This document shows positions 15,432-24,265 of a stretch of DNA of 34,237 nt, one piece after another. The DNA comes from a bacterium (GTDB taxonomy: Bacteria; Cyanobacteriota; Vampirovibrionia; Gastranaerophilales; Gastranaerophilaceae). Numbering within the stretch: the stretch's first letter is position 1; the number at the start of each line of letters is the position of its first letter. Position numbers and translations under genes: made by a program. Below the pieces are notes generated by a model. It was given only the letters and a program-made list of their open reading frames with translations. It made no database searches and was not told the origin of the DNA. The DNA lies in assembly GCA_024408705.1 (NCBI GenBank), contig JAKSUT010000001.1:1-34237 (forward strand), in the 5' to 3' direction.

Positions 15432-16706
15432 ATGAAAAAACCTGAATTATTATTACCTGCGGGTAATATGGAAAAATTAGAATATGCAATCAAGTATGGT
15501 GCAGATGCCGTATATCTTGGAGTGCCTGATTTTAGTTTAAGAGCGATGAGAAAAGGTAGCATTATCACTTCAGAAAATTTGAAAGAAGCCGTTTCTTTAG
15601 CTCATTCACTAAATGCAAAAGCATACTTAACAATAAATATTTTTGCATACAACAACGACATAAGAAACTTACCTGCATTTTGCGAAATAGTAAAAGACGC
15701 AAATCCTGATTCAATAATCTTAAGCGATATTGGAGTATTCAATGTCGTAAGAAAAAGATTGCCAAATATTCCAATTCACATCAGCACACAAGCAAATTCA
15801 CTAAACTTTGAAACAGTTAAATTTTGGAGAGATAATGGTGCAAAAAGAGTTATCTTAGCAAGAGAATTACCTTTAACTGATGTTGCTGAAATAAAAAAAG
15901 AAGTTTCAGATATAGAACTAGAATCTTTCGTTCATGGTTCACAATGTGTCTCTTATTCAGGCAGATGTTTGCTAAGCGACTATATGACAAACAACGAACG
16001 AAAAGCAAATCAAGGAAATTGCGCTCAACCTTGCAGATGGAGTTACAAACTTGTTGAAGAAACAAGACCAAACCAATACTTTGAAATTGAGCAAACTGAA
16101 AGAGGCACACATATCCTTAGCACAAAAGATTTATGCCTTGTAAAACACATCAAAGAACTTACTGAAGCCGGTATTGACTCATTTAAAGTTGAAGGAAGAA
16201 CAAAAAGTTTATACTACGTTTCCGCAGTTGCAAAAGCATATAGGAATGCTATCGACACATATTTTGAAGACAATAATGCCGATTTAAGCAAATATTATGA
16301 AGAACTTTTAAAAGTCGGAAACAGAGGTTATACACAAGGTTTTTACTTCGGAGACAACAATTCTGAAAGTTACAGTTACGATGTTTCAAAAGGATTAGCT
16401 GGTGCTGATTTCTTGTGCGAATTTCTTGGAGAAGAAAAAGACAGCTATTTTAAAGTAAAAATTAAAAATAAAATAATACCTGATTCTACACTTGAAATAA
16501 TCACACCAAAAGAACAATTTTCAACAAAAGTGCTAGAAATAAGAACAGAAGACTTTGAACTAAAACCAGTTGGCAACACAAATGATGAAGTATTTATAAA
16601 ATTTGAAAACTCTCCAATTGACTACAAATATGCAATAGCGAGAACAGAAGGCATAATGTTCATAAACAAAAAAGAAGCTTCAAAAACTTGTCCTTGCGCA
16701 AATTAA
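15432..16706 (+). CDS. Peptidase U32 family protein (YegQ/TrhP/RlhA/UbiU-type; probably an Fe-S hydroxylase rather than a protease)
   Basis: The N-terminus KPELLLPAGNMEKLEYAIKYGADAVYLG is classic U32. The conserved Cys cluster CVSYSGRC...GNCAQPC is present. Confidence 0.88.
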   Translation: MKKPELLLPAGNMEKLEYAIKYGADAVYLGVPDFSLRAMRKGSIITSENLKEAVSLAHSLNAKAYLTINIFAYNNDIRNLPAFCEIVKDANPDSIILSDIGVFNVVRKRLPNIPIHISTQANSLNFETVKFWRDNGAKRVILARELPLTDVAEIKKEVSDIELESFVHGSQCVSYSGRCLLSDYMTNNERKANQGNCAQPCRWSYKLVEETRPNQYFEIEQTERGTHILSTKDLCLVKHIKELTEAGIDSFKVEGRTKSLYYVSAVAKAYRNAIDTYFEDNNADLSKYYEELLKVGNRGYTQGFYFGDNNSESYSYDVSKGLAGADFLCEFLGEEKDSYFKVKIKNKIIPDSTLEIITPKEQFSTKVLEIRTEDFELKPVGNTNDEVFIKFENSPIDYKYAIARTEGIMFINKKEASKTCPCAN

Positions 16707-17461
16707 TTATTATTATTTAACATATACAAAAATCTTAAACCTGAAAGAGTCAATGTAGGATTTATAAAATCAAATTTTCTTGTCATATAATTTTCTAAAA
16801 TTGAAGAATAACCACCAGTTGCAACAACAATGGCTTTCTCTTTTAATTCTGCTTCACATTGATTTATTAAACCTTCAATCATACAAGCAGAACCACGAAT
16901 AACACCTGATAAAATAGCATCAGTTGTATTTGAGCCAATTGCAAATGGTGAAACTGCTACATCAAGATGTGGAAGTTTTGATGTAAATTTATTCAAAACT
17001 TTTAACTGTAAATTTAACCCTGGAGCAATAATACCACCGATAAATTTACCATCTTTATTTACAATATCAAAAGAAGTTGCCGTACCAAAATCTACTACAA
17101 TACAAGGTTTATTATACAATGTATAAGCAGCACAAGCATTTGCAATTCTATCTGCACCTGCTTCGTTGTTATTATCTAAAACTAGTTTTACCCCTGTATT
17201 AAAAGTAGAATTTAATAATAATGAATTAATTTTAAATACATTATCCACAGAAGATTTAAATTTCTTATTAAGTTCAGTAACAACAGAACCAATAATACAA
17301 CCATCAATATCATATTTAGAACACAAAGATTTTAATAAAACCTCATATTCTTCTTGCGGTAAATCTTTATCTGAAGCTAATCTAAATTGATCAACCAAAG
17401 CTTCATCTTCAAACAATCCAATATTTATACTTGTATTACCAATATCTGCTACTAATAACAT
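16703..17461 (-). CDS. coaX: Type III pantothenate kinase
   Basis: 252-aa ORF with N-terminus MLLVADIGNTSINIGLF (DxGNT phosphate-1 motif) and the later blocks VDFGTATSFD and GADRIAN typical of CoaX. Confidence 0.9.
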   Translation of the reverse strand: MLLVADIGNTSINIGLFEDEALVDQFRLASDKDLPQEEYEVLLKSLCSKYDIDGCIIGSVVTELNKKFKSSVDNVFKINSLLLNSTFNTGVKLVLDNNNEAGADRIANACAAYTLYNKPCIVVDFGTATSFDIVNKDGKFIGGIIAPGLNLQLKVLNKFTSKLPHLDVAVSPFAIGSNTTDAILSGVIRGSACMIEGLINQCEAELKEKAIVVATGGYSSILENYMTRKFDFINPTLTLSGLRFLYMLNNNN

Positions 17462-17499
17462 AATAAAATAGTCCCATAAATGTACGGAACTATTTTATT
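17462..17499 (-). terminator. Hairpin (terminator or attenuator) ending 1 nt before the coaX start codon
   Basis: 14-bp stem with one mismatch (17462-17475 / 17486-17499) and a 10-nt loop. On the minus strand the 3' arm reads GGGACUAUUUUAUU and is followed directly by the coaX AUG. Confidence 0.45.
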
Positions 17500-17527
17500 A
17501 CAAAAAATATTAATTTTAAATTAAAAA

Positions 17528-17746
17528 TTACATACTCATATCAAATGTACAACCTTCGGCACGACCTCTGATTGCAGAAGCATCAGATGAGCCTTGAGGT
17601 GACATTACACCTGAGAATATAGAACCAGAATAAGCCAATTGATCTGGTTGTTGTTGAACTTTTTTCTTTGCATTAGGGTCTGTTACATAAGCGTTGCTTG
17701 CTCCCCCTGCGGTAATTGATCCAAATGAAACACCTGTTAATGACAT
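17528..17746 (-). CDS. Hypothetical 72-aa Gly/Ser/Ala-rich protein (possible paralogue of 13881-14165)
   Basis: I place the start at ATG 17746 (GGAGGA 7 nt upstream), not the TTG at 17761. Product: MSLTGVSFGSITAGGASNAYVTDPNAKKKVQQQPDQLAYSGSIFSGVMSPQGSSDASAIRGRAEGCTFDMSM. A hairpin follows downstream. Confidence 0.6.
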   Translation of the reverse strand: MSLTGVSFGSITAGGASNAYVTDPNAKKKVQQQPDQLAYSGSIFSGVMSPQGSSDASAIRGRAEGCTFDMSM

Positions 17747-17929
17747 ACGAATATCCTCCAATAACTTATTTAATTCTCTTAACTACAATAACGATACTTA
17801 TTTATTTTTATCTCATATCCTCTTGTATATATATAAAGTATATACACTTAAAATAATTGCTTTTTTAAAAACAATTATCTTAATATTTCTTAACATGGTG
17901 TTATTGTGTTGATAATAGAGGGTTTTAAG

Positions 17930-18748
17930 CTATTTCAAAATATATTTTAAAACCGAATCAGAACCTTGTGCAGAAATATATAATATATTACTTGTCAAAT
18001 AAATATAATACGGAAATTTTAAATTACTGATTAAAACAGTTATTTCACCATACGGAGAAACCTTTAGTACATTATTTTTATTATAATTAGCGATATACAA
18101 ATTCTTATACTTATCACAAGCGATACCAATAGGACCATCTATTTTTGCATTTTTTATAAACAACACTTTTTTATTATCAGGAGTAATTTTATATATCGAA
18201 TTTGTTGTAAATGAAGCAACATAAACATTTCCTTCATTGTCAGAAGTTATGCCTGTTGGTGCAGGAATGGAATTATATAAATTGTTAGTTTCAGGAATTT
18301 TCAAAGAACCAATTTCTATATCTGACTTATGAGATAAAGAAAGTTCCCTAGACAAACTTTTTGCATCTTCATACTTTGCAGAATAAGATGGAATTAAAGT
18401 TAAATAAGTTTTCGCCTTATCATCTTGACCTAACTTATAACTTAAATAAGCAGCCTTATAAACAGCCTCATAGTCATCAGGTTTCCTAACAATTATTTGC
18501 TTGAACACTGCAAGTGCAGGTTCATATTGTTCCAAAAATTCAAGCACAGAACCTAAATTATAATAAGCATCTATAAATGAAGGATCAACTTTTACAGCAG
18601 ATCTAAAACAAGTAATAGCCTCATCATATTTACCCATATTGTAAAAATCAATACCACGGTTATATTGTAACTGTGCTTCGGTATTATATGCAAAAGCAGG
18701 CATATTTACAAAGAACAGAACACTTAATATAATGAGTATTTTTTTCAT
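17930..18748 (-). CDS. Secreted TPR + NHL-like beta-propeller repeat protein
   Basis: Signal peptide MKKILIILSVLFFVNMPAFA. TPR repeats (YNRGIDFYNMGKYDEAI, AYYNLGSVLEF). The C-terminal half has NHL-like repeats (GNVYVASFTTNSIYKI, GPIGIACDKYKNLYIANYNKNNVLKV). Confidence 0.72.
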   Translation of the reverse strand: MKKILIILSVLFFVNMPAFAYNTEAQLQYNRGIDFYNMGKYDEAITCFRSAVKVDPSFIDAYYNLGSVLEFLEQYEPALAVFKQIIVRKPDDYEAVYKAAYLSYKLGQDDKAKTYLTLIPSYSAKYEDAKSLSRELSLSHKSDIEIGSLKIPETNNLYNSIPAPTGITSDNEGNVYVASFTTNSIYKITPDNKKVLFIKNAKIDGPIGIACDKYKNLYIANYNKNNVLKVSPYGEITVLISNLKFPYYIYLTSNILYISAQGSDSVLKYILK

Positions 18749-18759
18749 AAACCCTCGAT

Positions 18760-20637
18760 TTATGCTTCTAATTGCTTCAATAAAGAATTATTCTTTTCAG
18801 CAAACTTAGAACCTCTAGCTCTGATAGCCATTGCTAAAATTTTAGGCAAATCAAGAGCTAAGCCTGATTTCAAGTTTTCATTATATAGATTTTCATAATC
18901 GTTTGGTAATCTCAAGCTCCAGTTAGCATCACCTGATGTACCAGGAGTATTATAAACATCTTTTATACCAAAGAAATCTGTAAAGAAAATTTGAATATTT
19001 TCTGCTTTTGATGCAAAAATTTCAGCCAATTTATTATCCATCAAGAATTTAACATCATTAGTCATTCTAACAATCAAATCATCTTTGTTATCAGCTTCTG
19101 CATACATATCTTCAACAAGATTTTTTGCGTGCAAATAACCTTCGTGAGTATTAATCATATCATCAGCCCACATTGAAATTGGACGGTTATCGTGTGTTCC
19201 AACCATTGCCCAAGTTCTTTTTGTGATATTTTTACAACGATATGGATGTTCTTCAACTTCAGGATCAACAAATTGAGTTAGTTTCATTCCTAACATATCA
19301 TATTTTTTCAAAACAGCTGCAACAGGATTTGTCAAAGTACCCAAATCTTCACACACGATTGAATCTTTGTCCAAACCTTCTTCTTTTGCTGCTGCAATTA
19401 CAATTTTTTCAATAATACTTGCATATTTTTCAATTTGTTTTGGAGTTAATTTTTTAACTCTTTTTTCTTTGTCAGCTTCAACTGTTGTATCTAAATCTGA
19501 CATTTGAGGAATAGCAAATTTTGAAAGTTCAGAATGTTCAGGAGAAGAATACAATCTTCCTGCACCTTCTTCAATTTTCGGTTTTTTACCAGCCTTATAA
19601 ACCCAAGGGTCGATAAGACCTACAATGTGGTCAATACGAACACCACCTGGGTTTTCTTTAAACATTTTTTTGAATAAAGCTTTCATAACTTGTCCACCTT
19701 TTCCAAGTGAACCATCTTCTTTAAACATTTTTTGAGGGTCTAAAACAGGGAAGCCCCAAGCTTGACCATCTTTTGAAAAATAATCTGGAGGACAACCTAA
19801 GCACCAACCATCCATAAACAATGATTGATATGCCCAACAATCTCTATCAGAAAATGCAACTTGTCTGTCTGCAATCATTTTTATATCATTTTTCTTTGCA
19901 AAATCACGTGTTTTAACATTTTGTGCATTAATTACAAATTGACAGAATGAATAAAAATCAATTTCTTTTGCATATTTCTTTTCAATATCTTTAATTCTAT
20001 CACCGAATTTCATTCTTTCTTCATTAGATTTTGGATTTAGCAAATGTTTATCTTCTTCATTTTTCCACATTGGCCAATAATCATTTCCATTTTCAATAGA
20101 TAAAGCTTCATACAAAGCATCATTTTCTAACCAAGAAGAATTTTCTTTTTTATATTTTTCGAATGCAGTAGTTAATTTTTTAGGAGCTTTTTCAACAAAA
20201 TTTGAATATGCTTCTTTCAATGCTCTTTCAAATTCATTTGAAGCATGATTATAAGCTGTTCTACCTTTATTTTTATTCGGATTATTTTCTACGATTTCAG
20301 TAAATGTTTTTACTGATAAAATCTTTGACCATTCAGAAGTAGTCAATGCCTTCAAATCAATAGACAATGGGTTTCCTGAGAAAATAGTACTTGTATATGG
20401 AGATGCATCACAAGATTTTGTCTTTCCAGCAGGTCCAAGTTGTAACATATTAAATGTACCTGAAATATATTCAATCAAATTCTTTGCTGCTGATGAATTA
20501 ACAGTACCAAAGCCAACATCTTCACCATCTAATGCAGGGAAACTATTTGAGTGCATAATTAATGCTAAATTTTTCTTACCTAAAACTTTTAATGCTTTTG
20601 CTACAGCTTTTGTTTTTTTATCATCTAATAAACCCAC
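18760..20637 (-). CDS. malQ: 4-alpha-glucanotransferase (amylomaltase, GH77), long form
   Basis: 625-aa ORF with GH77 blocks GGVRIDHIVGL, GQAWGFPV and CEDLGT. Confidence 0.85.
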   Translation of the reverse strand: MGLLDDKKTKAVAKALKVLGKKNLALIMHSNSFPALDGEDVGFGTVNSSAAKNLIEYISGTFNMLQLGPAGKTKSCDASPYTSTIFSGNPLSIDLKALTTSEWSKILSVKTFTEIVENNPNKNKGRTAYNHASNEFERALKEAYSNFVEKAPKKLTTAFEKYKKENSSWLENDALYEALSIENGNDYWPMWKNEEDKHLLNPKSNEERMKFGDRIKDIEKKYAKEIDFYSFCQFVINAQNVKTRDFAKKNDIKMIADRQVAFSDRDCWAYQSLFMDGWCLGCPPDYFSKDGQAWGFPVLDPQKMFKEDGSLGKGGQVMKALFKKMFKENPGGVRIDHIVGLIDPWVYKAGKKPKIEEGAGRLYSSPEHSELSKFAIPQMSDLDTTVEADKEKRVKKLTPKQIEKYASIIEKIVIAAAKEEGLDKDSIVCEDLGTLTNPVAAVLKKYDMLGMKLTQFVDPEVEEHPYRCKNITKRTWAMVGTHDNRPISMWADDMINTHEGYLHAKNLVEDMYAEADNKDDLIVRMTNDVKFLMDNKLAEIFASKAENIQIFFTDFFGIKDVYNTPGTSGDANWSLRLPNDYENLYNENLKSGLALDLPKILAMAIRARGSKFAEKNNSLLKQLEA

Positions 20638-20725
20638 TTAAAAACTCTCCATATAAACTACCACACAAACGATAGTAACACACGTTAAAGATTTAGACAA
20701 GATATAAACAACAAAATATAAAGAC

Positions 20726-22666
20726 TTATTGCAGCCTTAAAACTTCATAAATATCAAGTTTCTTTTGCTTACCTCTGATAGAAACTTCTGAAATTTTTAT
20801 AACATTGGCAATATTTCTAACATTTTGATAAGTTGTAGAACTAATCAAAAACTTAGTTTTATAAACTTTATTATAACTTTCAATTCTGCTTGCCAAATTT
20901 ACAACATCACCAATTACAGTATATTCAAGACGACTTTCTGAACCGATATTTCCAACAAAAACTTCACCAGTGTTGATACCAACACCAATTTCAATTTTTG
21001 GTTTACCTTCTGCCAACCATTTTTTGTGTAACTCTGCAACTTTATCCAACATTTCAGCTGCACATTTTACAGCATTTACAGCATGTGATTTATCTTGGAT
21101 AGGCTCACCAAAAATCGCCATAACAGCATCACCAATAAACTTATTAATAACGCCATTATATTTTGTGATAATTGGCTCTACTGCAGTGAAATATTCATTC
21201 AAAATCAAAGAAACTTCTTCTGCTGACATTTTTTCACTCATTGAAGTAAAGCCTCTAATATCAGCAAACAAAACAGTTACTTCTGCACGTTTTCCACCCA
21301 ATTTTAATTTATCAATATTTTTAACAACATTTTTCATAACGTCTTGAGAAATATATTTTCCCATCGCGTTTTTAATTTTCTCTTTATTTCTACCTTCTAA
21401 AATAAAGCGATATGAATAAGCGATAGACATAACAACTACTTGTAAAGTTATCGGAGTCAAAACATTTACGACATAACCAAATCTATAACATATAGCAGCA
21501 ATCACCAAATACAAAAGCGCTATAACTGCGATTGTTGAAATTGAAACAAATAAAGAGAAATATTTTATAGTAAGAAAAGTTGCTAAAAGAATAATAACTA
21601 AACTTACGATATCAAACATTGGAGTTGATAATCTCAAATATTCATTATGCAACAAATTATCTAAATTTGAAGCTTGAATATCAATTCCAGGAAAATTATT
21701 AGACATTGGAGTATGCTTAACGTCTTCCAAACCAACGGCAATAGCTTTTGCATTAGCTCCTACAAAAACAATTTTATTATCAAATACCTCAGGCGAAATA
21801 ATCGGCTTTTTACCTGCTTTTACAGCTCGTGCAGAATCAATAATATCCACTGCTGAATATGTTTTATGAGAATATTCAGAATTTTTCAACATCTTATAAT
21901 AGTGAATATTATTGTAAACACCATTTGGCTTTTTATAAATCGGTATTTTTAATTCAGTATTTTCAGCGGTTATGTATTTATCACTCAAATTCAACTTTGA
22001 ATTTGGATGTAAGTACATATACATTCTCAAAGATAAAGAAGGATAAAGTGTACCTTTATAATCAACTAATTGGTCTAAAGACCTTATATATCCATCGTAA
22101 TCAGGAGTTGTCAAAACTGAACCTGTCATTTTTGTATTTTTGAAGCAATCTACAGGAAACTCTGAAAGACTATTGTAGAAAGTTGGCAATTTTGATTGTG
22201 ATTTATCATCAATTTCAATTGCAAACTTTTTCTTGAAATCTTCATCATACTTCTTGCCTGAATTTAAATTGTCATACTTTGAAAACAATGGAACAAACCC
22301 AATAACGATATTATTTGTTTCAGATAATGTTTTATAAAAATTCGCATCAGATTTTGGATTTTCCAAATCAGGAGTTGCAATAATAGCATCAAACCCAATT
22401 ACTTTTGAATTTGATTTATTTATAAAATCAAAAACTTCTGAATACAATTCTCTTTTCCAAGGCCAACGGAATTTAGCCAAAGATTTATCATCAATAACAA
22501 CTAAAACAATTTCGTCAGACCCAACTTTGTATGCAGAAAAAGCTTGCACCATAAAATTATATGCTTTTTGTTCCCAAAAACTTGTAGAGACAAAAAAGCC
22601 AATGATTAAAAAAATCAATATAGAAACGAATATTAATAAAGATTTTAGATTTTTAACAAATTTCAT
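20726..22666 (-). CDS. CHASE2 sensor-domain class III adenylate/guanylate cyclase
   Basis: 646-aa ORF: N-terminal TM helix, a roughly 300-aa extracytoplasmic CHASE2-like region, three TM helices, then a cyclase domain (VTVLFADIRGFTSMSE, KFIGDAVMAIFG, GINTGEVFVGNIGS). Confidence 0.87.
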   Translation of the reverse strand: MKFVKNLKSLLIFVSILIFLIIGFFVSTSFWEQKAYNFMVQAFSAYKVGSDEIVLVVIDDKSLAKFRWPWKRELYSEVFDFINKSNSKVIGFDAIIATPDLENPKSDANFYKTLSETNNIVIGFVPLFSKYDNLNSGKKYDEDFKKKFAIEIDDKSQSKLPTFYNSLSEFPVDCFKNTKMTGSVLTTPDYDGYIRSLDQLVDYKGTLYPSLSLRMYMYLHPNSKLNLSDKYITAENTELKIPIYKKPNGVYNNIHYYKMLKNSEYSHKTYSAVDIIDSARAVKAGKKPIISPEVFDNKIVFVGANAKAIAVGLEDVKHTPMSNNFPGIDIQASNLDNLLHNEYLRLSTPMFDIVSLVIILLATFLTIKYFSLFVSISTIAVIALLYLVIAAICYRFGYVVNVLTPITLQVVVMSIAYSYRFILEGRNKEKIKNAMGKYISQDVMKNVVKNIDKLKLGGKRAEVTVLFADIRGFTSMSEKMSAEEVSLILNEYFTAVEPIITKYNGVINKFIGDAVMAIFGEPIQDKSHAVNAVKCAAEMLDKVAELHKKWLAEGKPKIEIGVGINTGEVFVGNIGSESRLEYTVIGDVVNLASRIESYNKVYKTKFLISSTTYQNVRNIANVIKISEVSIRGKQKKLDIYEVLRLQ

Positions 22667-22707
22667 ACACTTATGATATAATAAATTTAAGAAATGAGGT
22701 AGTAGTT

Positions 22708-23319
22708 ATGCAAGAAAACTTAATCAAAAAAATAGCTGAAGAAAAAATTTATCCAATCATTAGAAGCTCTAACGCACAAGACGCAATAGACACAGCTAAA
22801 GCAATGATTGAAGGTGGAATAAAAGTTGTTGAATTAAACATTGTAAATGATTCAATTTACGAAGCAATCAACGAAATTTCAAAAATTGCAACAGTCGCAG
22901 CCGGTGGTGTTATCACAGGGCAACAAGCCGCAAAATCAATTGAATCAGGAGCAAAAATTTTATCTAGTCCTATTTTTCAAATGAATATGGTTAAGATTTC
23001 AAAAGATAAAAAAATACCTCTTATCGCTTGTGTAACAACACCAAACGAAGCTTATGAAGCTTGGAAAACAAGAGTTCCACTTCTAAAAGTTTACCCAACC
23101 GCAGCACTTGGCGGAAGATTATACATTGAAGATTTGCTTAGACCAATGCCGTTTTTAAATATTATGGCTTCTGGAAACATAAAAATTGAAGAAATTCCTG
23201 AATATATTAAAGCAGGCGCAAAAGCTGTTGGTATAGGTAGAGCTTTATACGAAAATTCTTCTTACAAAGAAATTACTGACAAATCTAAAAAAATTATAGA
23301 AATGTTGAAAGGCTATTAA
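22708..23319 (+). CDS. eda: KDPG/KHG aldolase family protein
   Basis: 203-aa ORF with Eda-like blocks (IKVVELN, AAGGVITGQQ, GAKILSSP, and the Schiff-base Lys context LLKVYPTAALGG). More divergent than typical Eda. Confidence 0.72.
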   Translation: MQENLIKKIAEEKIYPIIRSSNAQDAIDTAKAMIEGGIKVVELNIVNDSIYEAINEISKIATVAAGGVITGQQAAKSIESGAKILSSPIFQMNMVKISKDKKIPLIACVTTPNEAYEAWKTRVPLLKVYPTAALGGRLYIEDLLRPMPFLNIMASGNIKIEEIPEYIKAGAKAVGIGRALYENSSYKEITDKSKKIIEMLKGY

Positions 23320-23323
23320 TTAA

Positions 23324-24265
23324 ATGGAAGAAAAGTTAGATATTATAACCATTGGAGAAGGTTTAATAGAGCTTTCAAGTAATCAAGAATTAAGTTTAGC
23401 ACCATCTTTCAATAAATTCTATGGCGGAGATGCCCTTACAACTGCAATTGCCGCGCAAAAAATGGGTTCAAAAGTCGGCTTTATTTCAAGAGTCGGCTGT
23501 GATTATTTCAAAGAATTTTTAATGGATAGCTGGCAAGCAGAAGGTATAGACATTTCACAAGTTAAACTAACCGAAGATTGCAATGGTTTATATCTTTTAG
23601 CAAGATTAAAAAATGGCAAAAAAGAATTTTCTTATTACAGGAAGAAAACAGCAGCCGCAAAATTATCAATCGAAGATTTGTCTGAAAAATATTTTGAAAA
23701 TGCAAACTATTTTTACACATCAGGGACAGTTCAATCTCTTTCTCTATCTACTAGGGAAACAGTTAAAAAAGCATTTAAATTAGCAAAAGAAAAATCACTT
23801 ACAACTGCCTATGATCCAAACTTTTCATCACTTTTAGTTTCTCAAAATGAAGCAAAAGAATTTTTTGAAGAAATAAATGAAAATATTGATATACTATTCT
23901 TAAACGACAAAAACGATATGATAAATATCTTCGATATTGATTCAATTGAAAAAACAATAAAAGCTTGTTGGGATTTAGGAATAAATATCATTATTGTTCG
24001 TTCATCAAAAAATAACGGATATTACACAGGATATGCAGGAGATATTGTTTTCCAACCATTTATTGAAAGAGAAGTTGTTGATTTAACAGGTTCAGGCGAT
24101 GCTTTTAACGGCGGATATTTACACGCATTATCTTCTGGTTTCACTCCTTTTTCAGCTACAAAATTTGCTGCAATCGTTGCTGCTGTTCAAATAAAAGAAT
24201 TAGGCGCAATAAAATCTTTGCCGAACAAAAAAGAAGTTTATGAAGAATATGAAAAAATCAAGTAA
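23324..24265 (+). CDS. kdgK: 2-dehydro-3-deoxygluconokinase-like PfkB-family sugar kinase
   Basis: 313-aa ORF with the PfkB signature VDLTGSGDAFNGGYL and N-terminal GEGLIEL...GGDALTTAI. It is adjacent to eda. Confidence 0.78.
   Translation: MEEKLDIITIGEGLIELSSNQELSLAPSFNKFYGGDALTTAIAAQKMGSKVGFISRVGCDYFKEFLMDSWQAEGIDISQVKLTEDCNGLYLLARLKNGKKEFSYYRKKTAAAKLSIEDLSEKYFENANYFYTSGTVQSLSLSTRETVKKAFKLAKEKSLTTAYDPNFSSLLVSQNEAKEFFEEINENIDILFLNDKNDMINIFDIDSIEKTIKACWDLGINIIIVRSSKNNGYYTGYAGDIVFQPFIEREVVDLTGSGDAFNGGYLHALSSGFTPFSATKFAAIVAAVQIKELGAIKSLPNKKEVYEEYEKIK

Noticed and set aside
20970-22143. Plus-strand ORFs 20970-21347, 21674-21856 and 21859-22143 inside the cyclase gene
   Set aside because: They are antisense shadows of a 646-aa gene with clear CHASE2 and cyclase motifs. 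Their composition is low-complexity and they have no translation signals.
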